Shown: positions 1 to 9,556, numbered from the stretch's first letter. The stretch: DNA of 64,000 nucleotides from Minisyncoccia bacterium (GCA_039809245.1 JBDHUP010000003.1:41069-105068); one strand, 5' to 3'. The notes: generated by a model not told the origin, from the sequence alone. Translations and numbers: made by a program.

Positions 1-180
1 AGACTAGATAAATTAAAGAAAGATATTATACCAGAGAGTATAATGATCCTTGCTAAAAAACGAGAGGAAGCTCGAGCAAACAAAAACTGGGCTAAGAGTG
101 ACGAACTCCGAGATAAAATTAAAGATCTAGGCTATGAAGTCAAAGATTCTGACACTGGCCCTAAGATATCTAAAATATAA
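1..180 (+). CDS. cysS: cysteinyl-tRNA synthetase, C-terminal fragment (gene starts upstream of window)
   Basis: In-frame ORF running off the 5' edge, TAA at 178-180. The tail ...KKREEARANKNWAKSDELRDKIKDLGYEV resembles the CysRS C-terminal helical tail (ARKxKDFxxADxIRDxLxxLGI). Confidence 0.5.
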   Translation, partial: RLDKLKKDIIPESIMILAKKREEARANKNWAKSDELRDKIKDLGYEVKDSDTGPKISKI

Positions 181-182
181 TT

Positions 183-1802
183 TTATTTAATCGCGTCTAA
201 TTGGAATGAGAAAGTAGATCCCTTACCCATACCTTCTGAAGTCACATCTACTGTGCCTTTATGAGCTTCGATAATTTGTTTAGCGAGATATAATCCGAGC
301 CCAGAACCTCCTGTGTTCATACGAGCGCCATCACCACGTGCGAATTTTTGGAATAGAGTTGCCTTTATTTCCGGTGTCATACCCATACCAGTATCTTTGA
401 CAGCAAACATAACCTTGTTTCCAGATTTTTTAACAGATACATTTATACTCCCTCCTTCAGGTGTATATTTTATAGAATTATCAATAAAGTTTAGAACTAC
501 TTGGCGAATCTTTTCCCTATCACCATTTACAGTACACTCTTCATCTTTATCTGATTCAAAGTTAAGCTTTAATCCTTTTTGCGAAGCAGTGATAGAAAGA
601 TCTTTAGACATATCACGTGCTATTTCTGAAAGAGAAAATGGTGTCATTTCATACTTCATACCACCGCTTTCAATCTTTGAAACGTTAAGGAAGTCTTCAA
701 CAATCTTGGTTAGATTCATAGTTGACTGGAAAATACGCTCAACTGCTTCTTTGGCTTTTGGATTAACTTCTCCGAAATCCCCTTCGATAATCATAGATGA
801 ATACCCCTTCATTGCAGTAAGTGGACTCCTAAGCTGATGTGAAGCAAGCGACAAGAATTCTGTTTTTAATTTATCCAAATCTTTAAGTTTATCATTAGCA
901 TCTTCAAGCTTTAAATTTGATTCCTCTAGTTTCATCCTTAATATTTCTAACCTTTCTCTCTGCTCAACTTCTTTTAATACACTTTTTACCAGAAGAACAC
1001 TTAAGAAAAGAAATGTTACAAAAAGAATTATGTTAAATATAAATTGAAAAGTTGTTTGAGAAAGGAAAGTTTGCACTAATGTAGCTGAAAGTAAAATAAA
1101 AGCCATTATTTCTGTAGCAAATGCTTTTACATTTAGTAGTCTATATTTCATAATTGAATAAGCTATACCGACAATTGTTGGTATCATAAACGCAGGTCCA
1201 TATAAAATAAATGAAGAATTACCTGTTGTATTTATGAGAATAAAATTTGTAGCAATAAGAAGTACATAGCTTGTAATAAATCCTATAAGCATAACTTGCC
1301 AACTTCTCTTCTCTTTTTGACTAGCATTAAGATATTTTTTAACAATTTCAAATATACTAAGCAAAAGAAGTCCAATTACAAATACAGCAAAAATAGGAAT
1401 AAGTTTGCCAGGGACAGGAACTGAGACTGATCCAACTAATCTAAGACTACTGAAAACACTTGGAGAGAGAGTCAGCCCCATAACTATTAATCCCAGTGTT
1501 CCAACAATAATGATCATCTTTTTTGAAATGATAAGATTTTGATTTGGAAAATTTTTAACAAAAAAGTAAAAGAAAACTATATGTGGAACAGCGAAGAAAA
1601 GGACTAATCTTGCCCAGAAAATTTGATCGACAAATATTGGATTGAGGGAAAAGTAATTTGCAAACGACCATAAAACAGTAGAAAGGCTTATGGCTTCGAA
1701 AAATCTGTTTGATACGCTTTTTCTATCATGATATACAGTAATGATACCTATATATAAAATGGCAAAACTTGCTATTAATGTAAAAATAAAGCCTGTATTC
1801 AT
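183..1802 (-). CDS. sensor histidine kinase, polytopic membrane N-terminus, HisKA + HATPase_c
   Basis: About 7 predicted TM helices in the N-terminal half, then a coiled coil. H-box LASHQLRSPLTAMKGY; N-box NFIDNSIKYT; G-boxes DTGMGM and GGSGLGLYLAK. No response regulator is adjacent. Confidence 0.85.
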   Translation of the reverse strand: MNTGFIFTLIASFAILYIGIITVYHDRKSVSNRFFEAISLSTVLWSFANYFSLNPIFVDQIFWARLVLFFAVPHIVFFYFFVKNFPNQNLIISKKMIIIVGTLGLIVMGLTLSPSVFSSLRLVGSVSVPVPGKLIPIFAVFVIGLLLLSIFEIVKKYLNASQKEKRSWQVMLIGFITSYVLLIATNFILINTTGNSSFILYGPAFMIPTIVGIAYSIMKYRLLNVKAFATEIMAFILLSATLVQTFLSQTTFQFIFNIILFVTFLFLSVLLVKSVLKEVEQRERLEILRMKLEESNLKLEDANDKLKDLDKLKTEFLSLASHQLRSPLTAMKGYSSMIIEGDFGEVNPKAKEAVERIFQSTMNLTKIVEDFLNVSKIESGGMKYEMTPFSLSEIARDMSKDLSITASQKGLKLNFESDKDEECTVNGDREKIRQVVLNFIDNSIKYTPEGGSINVSVKKSGNKVMFAVKDTGMGMTPEIKATLFQKFARGDGARMNTGGSGLGLYLAKQIIEAHKGTVDVTSEGMGKGSTFSFQLDAIK

Positions 1803-1803
1803 A

Positions 1804-3249
1804 TTAATTCTTCTTTACCCAATTATGCTTTGATTTCCTTGTGATAAATTTTTCATGACCAAATGGTACTAACTTTATTACTGGCAGGGCTTTCTCGTGT
1901 ATAGAATTATAAAGTTTTCTGTATTCTGTATTTAGTTCAACTAGATGTTTTAATATTGATTCAGAAATAATTTTATTAGTTTTTTCTGATACGGATACAT
2001 GTTGTTTTAATTCAATCTCTATGTTAAATATTTGTTCTCTAAAGTCACTAGACTGTTCTACTTGAACTATATACTTACCAGTTACTAGCGGAATAACTTC
2101 ATCATCTTCAAGACCAGCCTTTATGTTTTCAGGATAAATATTTAATGCATAGAAAGTAACCAATACATCATTCCTACCTTTAAGTATTAGTATTGAACCT
2201 TTCCATTTGTTTATATACTTTTTTATCTCGCTGTTGTATCCATGTCTCTTAAGTATCGCTTTAACTTGAGTTTGCGATAAAAGAGTTCCATGGTCCTTTA
2301 TATTATATCTAATTAATGGAATACCTGCCATTGCTGTGAAAACTAATTCACCATTTATTATTTCAAAATACGTTTTATGAGGATAATACATAACGGTTGT
2401 TGGAATGAACGACATTGGTCCATACAGTTCTTTTTTTAAACTTGTATCTTTAAGTGATAATTTTCTTAGTGTTATTGTAAGTGGAGTTTCGTGACCTATT
2501 GCTCCTGCATCAGCAGTACCATATATAGATATAGTACGAAATTCATCTTTAGGAGTATGCGTGATTTTATGAACTAATTCACGCCATTTTTCTGAAAAAT
2601 TCTCACCTGCAAGTATAAAATACATGTCCAACTTCTTGAAATTTACACCAGTAGCTTCTGCGTCAACAATGATATCCATTAAAAAAGGTGGGTATCCGAA
2701 TAAAATTAATGAATCAAAACCTTCTGTAAAATTCTTAAGCACTGATATAGTATCATTTACATCTATCCCAGGAGTTATAACGGTAATTTGAAATCCCTTT
2801 TTCCTTGCAACTTCTCTTATTGACGCCAAGGTAAATGTGCCTGCTATCCAGTTCCCCATAGAAAAACATATAACTACAAGTACCTTTTTGCCTTTTAATT
2901 TAAAGATATCTTGCAATATAATATTATGAAAAACTCCACCCCAAACTTCATGTTCATCATCTCGCGGCCAATAGAATGGCTGTCCTGAAGATCCAGAACT
3001 AGCAGAAATCATCGCTGGTACCTTATTATTAGGTAGCAAATCAGTAAAATTATGAGCTCTTAGGTAATTATTTTTGTCGGTAATTGGTAATGTTTCAAAG
3101 GCTTCTCGTGTTTTTATTAAGTTTGGTTTGATACCATATTTTTTAAGAAAATCTCTATAAGCTTTTACTTTTTTTACTGCAAATGAAAATGTTTCTATTG
3201 GTAAAAATTGTGATTTATTTGTGTTTTGCTTTTTTCTTTTTTTGTTCAT
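1804..3249 (-). CDS. adenylate-forming enzyme, phenylacetate-CoA ligase (PaaK) / coenzyme F390 synthetase-like family
   Basis: P-loop-like SSGSSGQP (compare TSGTTGKP of PaaK-type ANL enzymes). The 481 aa length and motif spacing fit the PaaK/F390-synthetase/CapK clade. One-nt gap to the downstream HK; 35-nt overlap with the upstream dehydrogenase. Confidence 0.55.
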   Translation of the reverse strand: MNKKRKKQNTNKSQFLPIETFSFAVKKVKAYRDFLKKYGIKPNLIKTREAFETLPITDKNNYLRAHNFTDLLPNNKVPAMISASSGSSGQPFYWPRDDEHEVWGGVFHNIILQDIFKLKGKKVLVVICFSMGNWIAGTFTLASIREVARKKGFQITVITPGIDVNDTISVLKNFTEGFDSLILFGYPPFLMDIIVDAEATGVNFKKLDMYFILAGENFSEKWRELVHKITHTPKDEFRTISIYGTADAGAIGHETPLTITLRKLSLKDTSLKKELYGPMSFIPTTVMYYPHKTYFEIINGELVFTAMAGIPLIRYNIKDHGTLLSQTQVKAILKRHGYNSEIKKYINKWKGSILILKGRNDVLVTFYALNIYPENIKAGLEDDEVIPLVTGKYIVQVEQSSDFREQIFNIEIELKQHVSVSEKTNKIISESILKHLVELNTEYRKLYNSIHEKALPVIKLVPFGHEKFITRKSKHNWVKKN

Positions 3250-4288
3250 ATATTTTCTGTTCAGCTAATTTATTTGCAATTTCAAGAGGTGGAAGATCTA
3301 ATTTTCTAGATGAGACTATAAGACTCTTAACAGTTTTACCTATTGCGTCTACTCTTTTATCTACACGACTCTTATTGTAACCTTTCTTATCGAGTTCATC
3401 AACAATATGTATGAGGCCACCACTATTTACAACATAGTCTGGTATATAACAAACCCCCATCTTATGAAAGACTTCTGCAAGAGAATCATCCGCTAGTTGA
3501 TTATTTGCACCACCTATAATGACTTTAGATTTTATTTCACTTATATTCTTTTTTGTAAATTCATTACCAAGAGCGCACGGCATGTATACATCCACAGGAA
3601 ATTTATGAATATATTTAGGGTTTACCACTGTAACATTAGGAAATCTTTTTTGTATATACTGAACTTTCTTTTTATCTATATCTGATATATAGATTTTAAC
3701 TCTATCTTTATATAACAATTTTACTAAACCCTCTCCTATTTTTCCGAGACCTTTAATAGCAACTGATATATCTTTCTTCTTTTTATTTTTAAAAAATAAA
3801 GGTGCTGCAGCCCATAATGATACATAAATACCTAATGATGCTATTTCAGAGGTAGTTCTTTTATTTCCGTTACCTTTTAGTATATATGGTGTATGTTGTG
3901 ACATAAAAATAACATCAGAATCAGAAATACCAACATCTGTACCAGTTGTATATTTACCTTTAAATGAATCTATAACTTTTGCATATGATCGTAAGAGTTC
4001 AGTTTTTTTCATTTTCTGGTTCGCAATAATTACTGTTTTTCCTCCACCGAAAGGTATCCCAGATATAGCACATTTGTAACTCATTGCTTTTGATAACCTT
4101 AATACATCAGTTAATGCTTCATTTTCTGATTTATATGGATATAATCTTGTTCCACCAGTGGCAGATCCAGGTCTGATATTATGCCAAGCTGAAAAACCTT
4201 TAAGGCCTGATGCTTTATCTTCAAAACGAAATACTTGTTGATGCTTATCAAATGCTTTGTTTTTCGATACGTTAATTTTCTTAATCAT
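3215..4288 (-). CDS. Glu/Leu/Phe/Val dehydrogenase family, leucine/phenylalanine dehydrogenase-like
   Basis: N-terminus FEDKASGLKGFSAWHNIRPGSATGGTRLYPY plus the catalytic-lysine motif IPFGGGKTVI. NAD Rossmann GLGKIGEGLV. 357 aa, typical LeuDH size. Confidence 0.8.
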   Translation of the reverse strand: MIKKINVSKNKAFDKHQQVFRFEDKASGLKGFSAWHNIRPGSATGGTRLYPYKSENEALTDVLRLSKAMSYKCAISGIPFGGGKTVIIANQKMKKTELLRSYAKVIDSFKGKYTTGTDVGISDSDVIFMSQHTPYILKGNGNKRTTSEIASLGIYVSLWAAAPLFFKNKKKKDISVAIKGLGKIGEGLVKLLYKDRVKIYISDIDKKKVQYIQKRFPNVTVVNPKYIHKFPVDVYMPCALGNEFTKKNISEIKSKVIIGGANNQLADDSLAEVFHKMGVCYIPDYVVNSGGLIHIVDELDKKGYNKSRVDKRVDAIGKTVKSLIVSSRKLDLPPLEIANKLAEQKIYEQKKKKAKHK

Positions 4289-5366
4289 ATTTATTTACAG
4301 AAGTACCGTCCAACTTTATTTCGTATCTTCCAGATTTTAGGTCTTCATTTAATAAAATTTTCTTAGCGAAATGTGTAAGCGCTGCTCCACGTAGGAAAGA
4401 TGATTCAGCTACTTGTGGAATGCTAGCAATAGTCAAACCAACTTCATCAAAAGATGAGTTTAATTTACTATCTAAATACTCTTTACCCATAAAGTCTTGC
4501 AGAAGTTCTACTCTATCTCTAAAAGTCCCTTCTCCTGGTTTGATAGATTCAATTTTTGAAATTACTTCATCTTTTAAATATCCAGATAAAAGGGGTAAAT
4601 CACCATCTTTATCGTAACGCTCCACATCTATAATGACATGGTCACCACTACCAGTAACCATAAGTACTGGTATTTTTAATTCTCGAGCCATTTCACGAAT
4701 CTTTATTTTATACCTAAGATTATCCATTTCTTCAATAAGAAGATCAACTCTTTTATCACCTAAAAACATCTCGATATTTTCATCTGTTATACCTTTTTCA
4801 AACATATCTATTTGCACAAATGGATTTATTTCATACATTTGCCTTGCAGATATATATGCTTTATTTATATTAAGATCAGTAAGCCCAGCACGAAATCTAT
4901 TTAAATTTGAGACCGATAATGGGTCAAAATCGGCAAGCTTCATATGTTCACCAATTCCTTCAAGAGTAAGGCAGACGGCTCCAGGGTTTCCCACGTTAAG
5001 GCCAGCTATAGCTATTGTTTTATTCTTTAGAATTTCTTGTTCTCTTTCTGTAATAAGATTTTTATTACGTGACATGCGTAATTTTTCATACTTATCTCTA
5101 TCTAAAATACGCACAGCTGTATTCTTCCAAGCAAAATATATCCAAACTCCTTCTTTATCGCTAACTTCTGGTATATCTGGATTAGTTAGGGCTTTGTGTG
5201 AAATTAAACTGGGATCCTCCACTAGAGATAACTCGTGTTTCTGATCTGCTAACGTATCTATTTTTGTAATTGATTTATTAACACTGCAAAGATCATTAAA
5301 AAGATCCATTTCTTCTTTTATAGAGCAATTAAATATTTTAGGTTTAAATTTTATATCATTATTCAT
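4281..5366 (-). CDS. ThiF/MoeB/HesA-family E1-like adenylyltransferase with ~110 aa N-terminal extension
   Basis: KTIAIAGLNVGNPGAVCLTLEGIG, a Rossmann with degenerate G-loop. LADFDPLSVSNLNRF (compare DxDxVexSNLnRQ). ARQMYEINPFVQI and VDLLIEEMDNLRYKI (compare DlVvDatDN). No CxxC zinc motif. Confidence 0.8.
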   Translation of the reverse strand: MNNDIKFKPKIFNCSIKEEMDLFNDLCSVNKSITKIDTLADQKHELSLVEDPSLISHKALTNPDIPEVSDKEGVWIYFAWKNTAVRILDRDKYEKLRMSRNKNLITEREQEILKNKTIAIAGLNVGNPGAVCLTLEGIGEHMKLADFDPLSVSNLNRFRAGLTDLNINKAYISARQMYEINPFVQIDMFEKGITDENIEMFLGDKRVDLLIEEMDNLRYKIKIREMARELKIPVLMVTGSGDHVIIDVERYDKDGDLPLLSGYLKDEVISKIESIKPGEGTFRDRVELLQDFMGKEYLDSKLNSSFDEVGLTIASIPQVAESSFLRGAALTHFAKKILLNEDLKSGRYEIKLDGTSVNKYD

Positions 5367-5368
5367 AA

Positions 5369-6346
5369 TTATGTGATAATTTTTTTCTCTATTGGATGAC
5401 GTGGAGTGACTCTATGGTCACCCTTTATTTCACCAATAGCAAACATAAACTGAGGTCGATCTTTTGTATTTACTACTTGTTGAACTTCTCTATATAAGTC
5501 ACCCATTTCGATTGAACCCACATAAATAGAAGTCTGTAAGCCTTGAGATTGTGCGCGTAGCATCAGTCTCTCAGCAAGACGACCAACATTTATCCAAGTT
5601 TCTTTTGTATTGGGACCAGAAATAACTGAAATAAGTGGAGCTGATGAAAGACTTTCTAAATTCTTTTTACCCAATATTCGGCCTACATTAAAAAATCTAA
5701 TCAAAATAGGAATAATTAACGAAACAACTAGAGGCATCTTTAGAGAATATCCTGGAAGTCCTTGTTTTTTGCTTGAAAGATTACTATTCATCCAATGATA
5801 CATTTCTTTTCTAAATGCAATACTTTTATAAGCCAAGAGCATAGCACGCTGTGTTAGAAGTGCTACATTCTTAATCTTTTCTTTATCTTCAACCAGAGTT
5901 AGATCGATACTAAATTGTTTAAAATTTACAACTTCTCCAAGTAGAGCTGTTTGAATATCATTACTCACAAGATTTGATTCAAAAATTCCTCTCGCGTTAA
6001 CACGTGTCAGTATAGTATCAAATAACAGTTTATCTTTTAAAGATATTGGAACTGAAATATTATTCAATGCTATAACTGCAACTTTATGAAGACTATCATC
6101 GATAGAAATTACTATCTCAGCTTTAAAACCTAGATTCGAAGCAGCTAAAGATAAATTCTCTAACATGCAACCCATACTTATGAATAAATCGCGACCTTCA
6201 CTATCGGCTTGAGGCAAAAATAGGTCAGGGTTGTAATAAACTTCTATAACATTATCTGTAATTTTAAAAAGCCATGGCTGGCTGTTGTGAGTAGAAGGCG
6301 CCCTTGTGGCGAGCGTTAGGATTTCTAGGATTTTAGTCTTTTCCAC
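5369..6346 (-). CDS. nitroreductase-family FMN oxidoreductase with large central insertion (SagB/McbC-like size)
   Basis: LATRAPSTHNSQPWLF (compare APSxxNxQPW). C-terminal LSSAPLISVISG...GLQTSIYVGS core. 325 aa with a ~100 aa insert containing a hydrophobic stretch. Three-nt gap to the E1-like gene. Confidence 0.75.
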   Translation of the reverse strand: MEKTKILEILTLATRAPSTHNSQPWLFKITDNVIEVYYNPDLFLPQADSEGRDLFISMGCMLENLSLAASNLGFKAEIVISIDDSLHKVAVIALNNISVPISLKDKLLFDTILTRVNARGIFESNLVSNDIQTALLGEVVNFKQFSIDLTLVEDKEKIKNVALLTQRAMLLAYKSIAFRKEMYHWMNSNLSSKKQGLPGYSLKMPLVVSLIIPILIRFFNVGRILGKKNLESLSSAPLISVISGPNTKETWINVGRLAERLMLRAQSQGLQTSIYVGSIEMGDLYREVQQVVNTKDRPQFMFAIGEIKGDHRVTPRHPIEKKIIT

Positions 6347-6402
6347 ACATACATTATAACATTCAGTGTTTATTAAGTATAGTTCTAAACTTTAATAATA
6401 AA

Positions 6403-6431
6403 TTGCAAAATAAACCTATTTTTTGTACTAT
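6403..6431 (+). promoter_or_regulatory. sigma70-like promoter TTGCAA-N17-TACTAT ending 6 nt before the agmatinase ATG (leaderless-type)
   Basis: ttgcaa at 6403-6408, 17-nt spacer, tactat at 6426-6431, ATG at 6438. No room for an SD. Confidence 0.4.
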
Positions 6432-6437
6432 ACGTAA

Positions 6438-7328
6438 ATGACTAAATCCATTTTAAATGAAAAAAATACAGAAAATGCTGATGTAGTAATAGTAAGTGCA
6501 GCATATGAAAAAACAGCTTCTTCTAGAAAAGGTACTATTGATGGGCCGAAAGCTATACTGAAATGTTTGGATAATAAACTTGAATTTTTTGATCGTACTT
6601 ATAAATGCGAAGTTAATAACTTTCTGAAAGTTGCTGAGAAGGATCTAGGAAGAATAAGTAAACTTAGTCCTGAAAAAGCATTAGAGAAGATTACAGAAGA
6701 ATGTGAAAAACTAGTAAGCGCCGGAAAGTTCGTATTTTTGCTTGGCGGTGAACACTCAGTGTCACTTGGTCTTTTCCAAGCACTTGCAAAGCACATAGAC
6801 CCTAAAGACACTACAATAGTACATATAGATGCTCATTGCGATCTTCGTGATACAGATGACGACTATAGCGACCATCCATCTAAATACGCTCACTCTTGCG
6901 TTTTGCATCGAGGTAATGAGCTTGGGTATAAACTTGTCCAAGTTGGAATCCGCACATACTCTGTAGATGAGTATAACTACTTCAGTGACCCAAAGAATAA
7001 TATTACTGTATTCGAATGGGGCAATGGGAATAAAGTTCCAACAGTAGAGGAAGTATTAGCATCCATAACAACTAAAAATATATATCTGACCATCGACGTA
7101 GATGGCTTTGACCCTGCTTATATGCCAGGAACTGGTACACCAGTCCAAGGCGGGCTTGAATGGTGGTATGGAATGGAACTAATCCAAAAGCTTGTAACTA
7201 CTAAAAATCTTATCGGTGCAGATATAGTAGAAGTTTCCCCTATGCGCGATTCAGTTCTAACTGAATACGGCGCAGCTCAACTTTGCTATACAATCATCGC
7301 AAATAAATTTAGAGATAAACTTAAATAA
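6438..7328 (+). CDS. speB: agmatinase / ureohydrolase (arginase family)
   Basis: Mn-binding motifs GGEHSVS, HIDAHCDLRD and TIDVDGFDP, then SPMRD. 296 aa. Confidence 0.8.
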   Translation: MTKSILNEKNTENADVVIVSAAYEKTASSRKGTIDGPKAILKCLDNKLEFFDRTYKCEVNNFLKVAEKDLGRISKLSPEKALEKITEECEKLVSAGKFVFLLGGEHSVSLGLFQALAKHIDPKDTTIVHIDAHCDLRDTDDDYSDHPSKYAHSCVLHRGNELGYKLVQVGIRTYSVDEYNYFSDPKNNITVFEWGNGNKVPTVEEVLASITTKNIYLTIDVDGFDPAYMPGTGTPVQGGLEWWYGMELIQKLVTTKNLIGADIVEVSPMRDSVLTEYGAAQLCYTIIANKFRDKLK

Positions 7329-7376
7329 AAAAAGGATAGCATACATGCTATCCTAACTTTTAATCTTAATTCTTGA

Positions 7377-7877
7377 TTAAAGAATATCTAATACTTTTAC
7401 CTGCTGAATTGAACTTCCTACCTGTAGTGAAAATGATTCATTTTTTTTCTTTCCAAGAAGAGCCATACCTAAAGGAGAGCTGGGTGTGATACAGATTAAT
7501 TTCTGACCCTCATACTCAATTTTTATACCAGACCCGCCAGGAAGTAAAAAATAATTTTCGTTGGTTGTGCTTTTCTTTTGAATAACAATTATTGCACCTA
7601 ATCTTGATTCAGTCATTGGGCCAAGCTTAGTGGAATTATCTGAATCAAATCTTCTCAAAAGATTCAGTTCATCAACCTTGTTATTGAATGCCTTATGTGC
7701 AACATCTACTACTGCAGTAAGTTGTGATCTTGTAGTGTCACTATGGGACTGCATTGCACCAGGCGCATCGTTGATGGCGCTATTCGTACCAGTTAATGAT
7801 TCACCCAGAGATTTTACCCTCTGATTTAGAGATTCAATGGCTTTAGATAGTATTGCTCTTTTATCCAAGTTTTTCAT
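7377..7877 (-). CDS. GreA/GreB-family transcript cleavage factor-like (divergent N-terminal coiled coil)
   Basis: C-terminal FKBP-like domain ITPSSPLGMALLGKKKNESFSL (compare VSxxSPIGRALIGKxxGDxV). The N-terminal coiled coil lacks the canonical acidic-tip ENAEY signature. Confidence 0.55.
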   Translation of the reverse strand: MKNLDKRAILSKAIESLNQRVKSLGESLTGTNSAINDAPGAMQSHSDTTRSQLTAVVDVAHKAFNNKVDELNLLRRFDSDNSTKLGPMTESRLGAIIVIQKKSTTNENYFLLPGGSGIKIEYEGQKLICITPSSPLGMALLGKKKNESFSLQVGSSIQQVKVLDIL

Positions 7878-7985
7878 TTTCTTTAATTTTTTAGTTTGAT
7901 CTATTATAGCAGTAATATACTAAATGTCAATATCACTCCATAAAAATTTTCATATCTTTAGATTATTATGTTATAATATAGAAAT

Positions 7986-8558
7986 ATGCAGAAAGAAATT
8001 GAAGCAACTTTTCTATCAGTTAATAAAGAATTAATTAGAGAAAAACTTGAAAATAATGGATTTAAATTAAAATACCCTGAGTATTTAATGAGAAGAAAAA
8101 CTTTTGATTTCCCGAATAAAACCCCTGGTATCAATAAATGGGGACGTGTAAGACAGGAATTCAATAAAGTTACCATGACAATAAAAGAGATGAGGGGAAC
8201 TGGTATAAATGATGTTTTCGAAAGTGAAATTATCGTTAATGATTTCGATAAAGCTACTGAATTCTTTGAAGCATGTGGTGTTTTCATGAAAGCATTTCAG
8301 GAAAATATGCGTGAAGTATGGACTAATAGTACAGTAGAAGTAACCATAGATACATGGCCTGGATTGAAACCGTTTATAGAAATTGAAGGTCAGACGGAAG
8401 AAATAGTAAGAAATATATCAGAGAAATTAAATTTTGATTTTAAAGAAGCTGTTTTTGGAAGCATAGATTTAGTATATGAAAAAGAATTAGGAATTTCAGC
8501 AAAAGAAATCATTAGTATGCCAGAAATTACATTTAAAAATCCTCCTAAATCAAAATAA
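7986..8558 (+). CDS. CYTH-domain protein (class IV adenylate cyclase / triphosphate tunnel metalloenzyme-like)
   Basis: N-terminal EIEATF (compare EIExKF of CYTH). Alternating acidic/basic beta-strand pattern. 190 aa. Confidence 0.6.
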   Translation: MQKEIEATFLSVNKELIREKLENNGFKLKYPEYLMRRKTFDFPNKTPGINKWGRVRQEFNKVTMTIKEMRGTGINDVFESEIIVNDFDKATEFFEACGVFMKAFQENMREVWTNSTVEVTIDTWPGLKPFIEIEGQTEEIVRNISEKLNFDFKEAVFGSIDLVYEKELGISAKEIISMPEITFKNPPKSK

Positions 8559-8590
8559 AAACAAGGCGTCAAAATTGATGCCTTGTTATT

Positions 8591-9541
8591 TTAGATGATT
8601 ACATTACCTTTTTGAATTTCATTAACTGTTGGGCTGTTTATAAAATCCGTCCAAGGGATAAGTACATCTGTCGTCTGTTTATAAATACATATACGTACAT
8701 AATACTCGTTCATTATACGTTCTACTCTAACTCCATAGAATCCCTCATAGCACTTATCCTTTGCAGGACAATTGCTACAAATACTATTTAAGTAATATGG
8801 AAAAGCTATTTTAACAGATAGAATTTTGCCTTCAGAAGTAATATAGCGATTGGTGACATTAGAACTACCAGCTCTTTGATACCCGTTAATTTTAGAGGCA
8901 CCAAGATTTTTTAGTATATCTTCAATCACTTCCTGGCTTTCAAATGGTTCAACTAGATTATTTAATAACCTAATTTCCGGAACTCTGTCTTTTTGCAAAT
9001 TTAACAATGTTTTTACAGATTTTAACGTTTTATCAAAGTCACCATAAGCAACGATGTTAATTCTTGAATCTATACCACTTTCTACGATATTCTTAACATT
9101 ATTAAACTGGTTTTCCAAAGCATTTTCCGCCCATGATAAATTCTTCTTAACAGATTCCAGGCTTAGTAAGTCTTTGGCAGATGTATCGTGAATGCTGACA
9201 ACAACTTTTGTAAGACCAGCATTCTTGAATTTGCTCCACTCGTCGACTGAGATTTTTTTTATGCCATTTGTAGTTACAGAGATTTCATCGGACAATTTAC
9301 TTAATCCTGAAACAATAGACATAAACTCAGGGTGTATGGTAGGCTCTCCTCCGGTTAGCATTATTCGGCCTATGGCTGTCTTTTTCATTATCTGATCTAT
9401 ACAGTTGTAGAAATCATCATTAGGTATAACGTTCTTGATATTTTTCATATCTCCTTCTTCATGACAAAAAGAGCAAGTACGGTTACACGTGCCAGTCAAT
9501 TTTATTCTAATTGCTGGCATAGTTATGGTCATGTTTTCCAT
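8591..9541 (-). CDS. radical SAM enzyme, MoaA-like (GTP 3',8-cyclase family) / viperin-like
   Basis: CNRTCSFC (CxxxCxxC). MLTGGEPTIHPEF (compare MoaA RLTGGEPSL). VTTNGIKK (compare VTTNGyrL). AGLTKVVVSIHDTS (compare GLtginvSvDSLD). C-terminal CSNCPAKDKC auxiliary cysteines. Confidence 0.75.
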   Translation of the reverse strand: MENMTITMPAIRIKLTGTCNRTCSFCHEEGDMKNIKNVIPNDDFYNCIDQIMKKTAIGRIMLTGGEPTIHPEFMSIVSGLSKLSDEISVTTNGIKKISVDEWSKFKNAGLTKVVVSIHDTSAKDLLSLESVKKNLSWAENALENQFNNVKNIVESGIDSRINIVAYGDFDKTLKSVKTLLNLQKDRVPEIRLLNNLVEPFESQEVIEDILKNLGASKINGYQRAGSSNVTNRYITSEGKILSVKIAFPYYLNSICSNCPAKDKCYEGFYGVRVERIMNEYYVRICIYKQTTDVLIPWTDFINSPTVNEIQKGNVII

Positions 9542-9556
9542 TTTTTACTTTTTAAA

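Noticed and set aside
313-837. Antisense or overlapping ORFs inside annotated genes, for example 313-837, 4633-5244, 13741-14058 (Pro-rich, antisense to the dnaJ G/F region), 14325-14606, 19080-19562, 25767-26066, 33365-33628, 43800-44249 and 59854-60435
   Set aside because: Each lies wholly within a strongly supported gene on the opposite strand, has biased low-complexity composition mirroring the sense-strand codons, and carries no recognisable motif. They are treated as spurious.
8591-9541. Calling the radical SAM gene moaA (molybdenum cofactor biosynthesis)
   Set aside because: Motifs match MoaA best, but no moaC, moaD, moaE or mog is in the window, and its neighbours are a kinase and a CYTH protein. 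It is left as MoaA-like or viperin-like with an open function.
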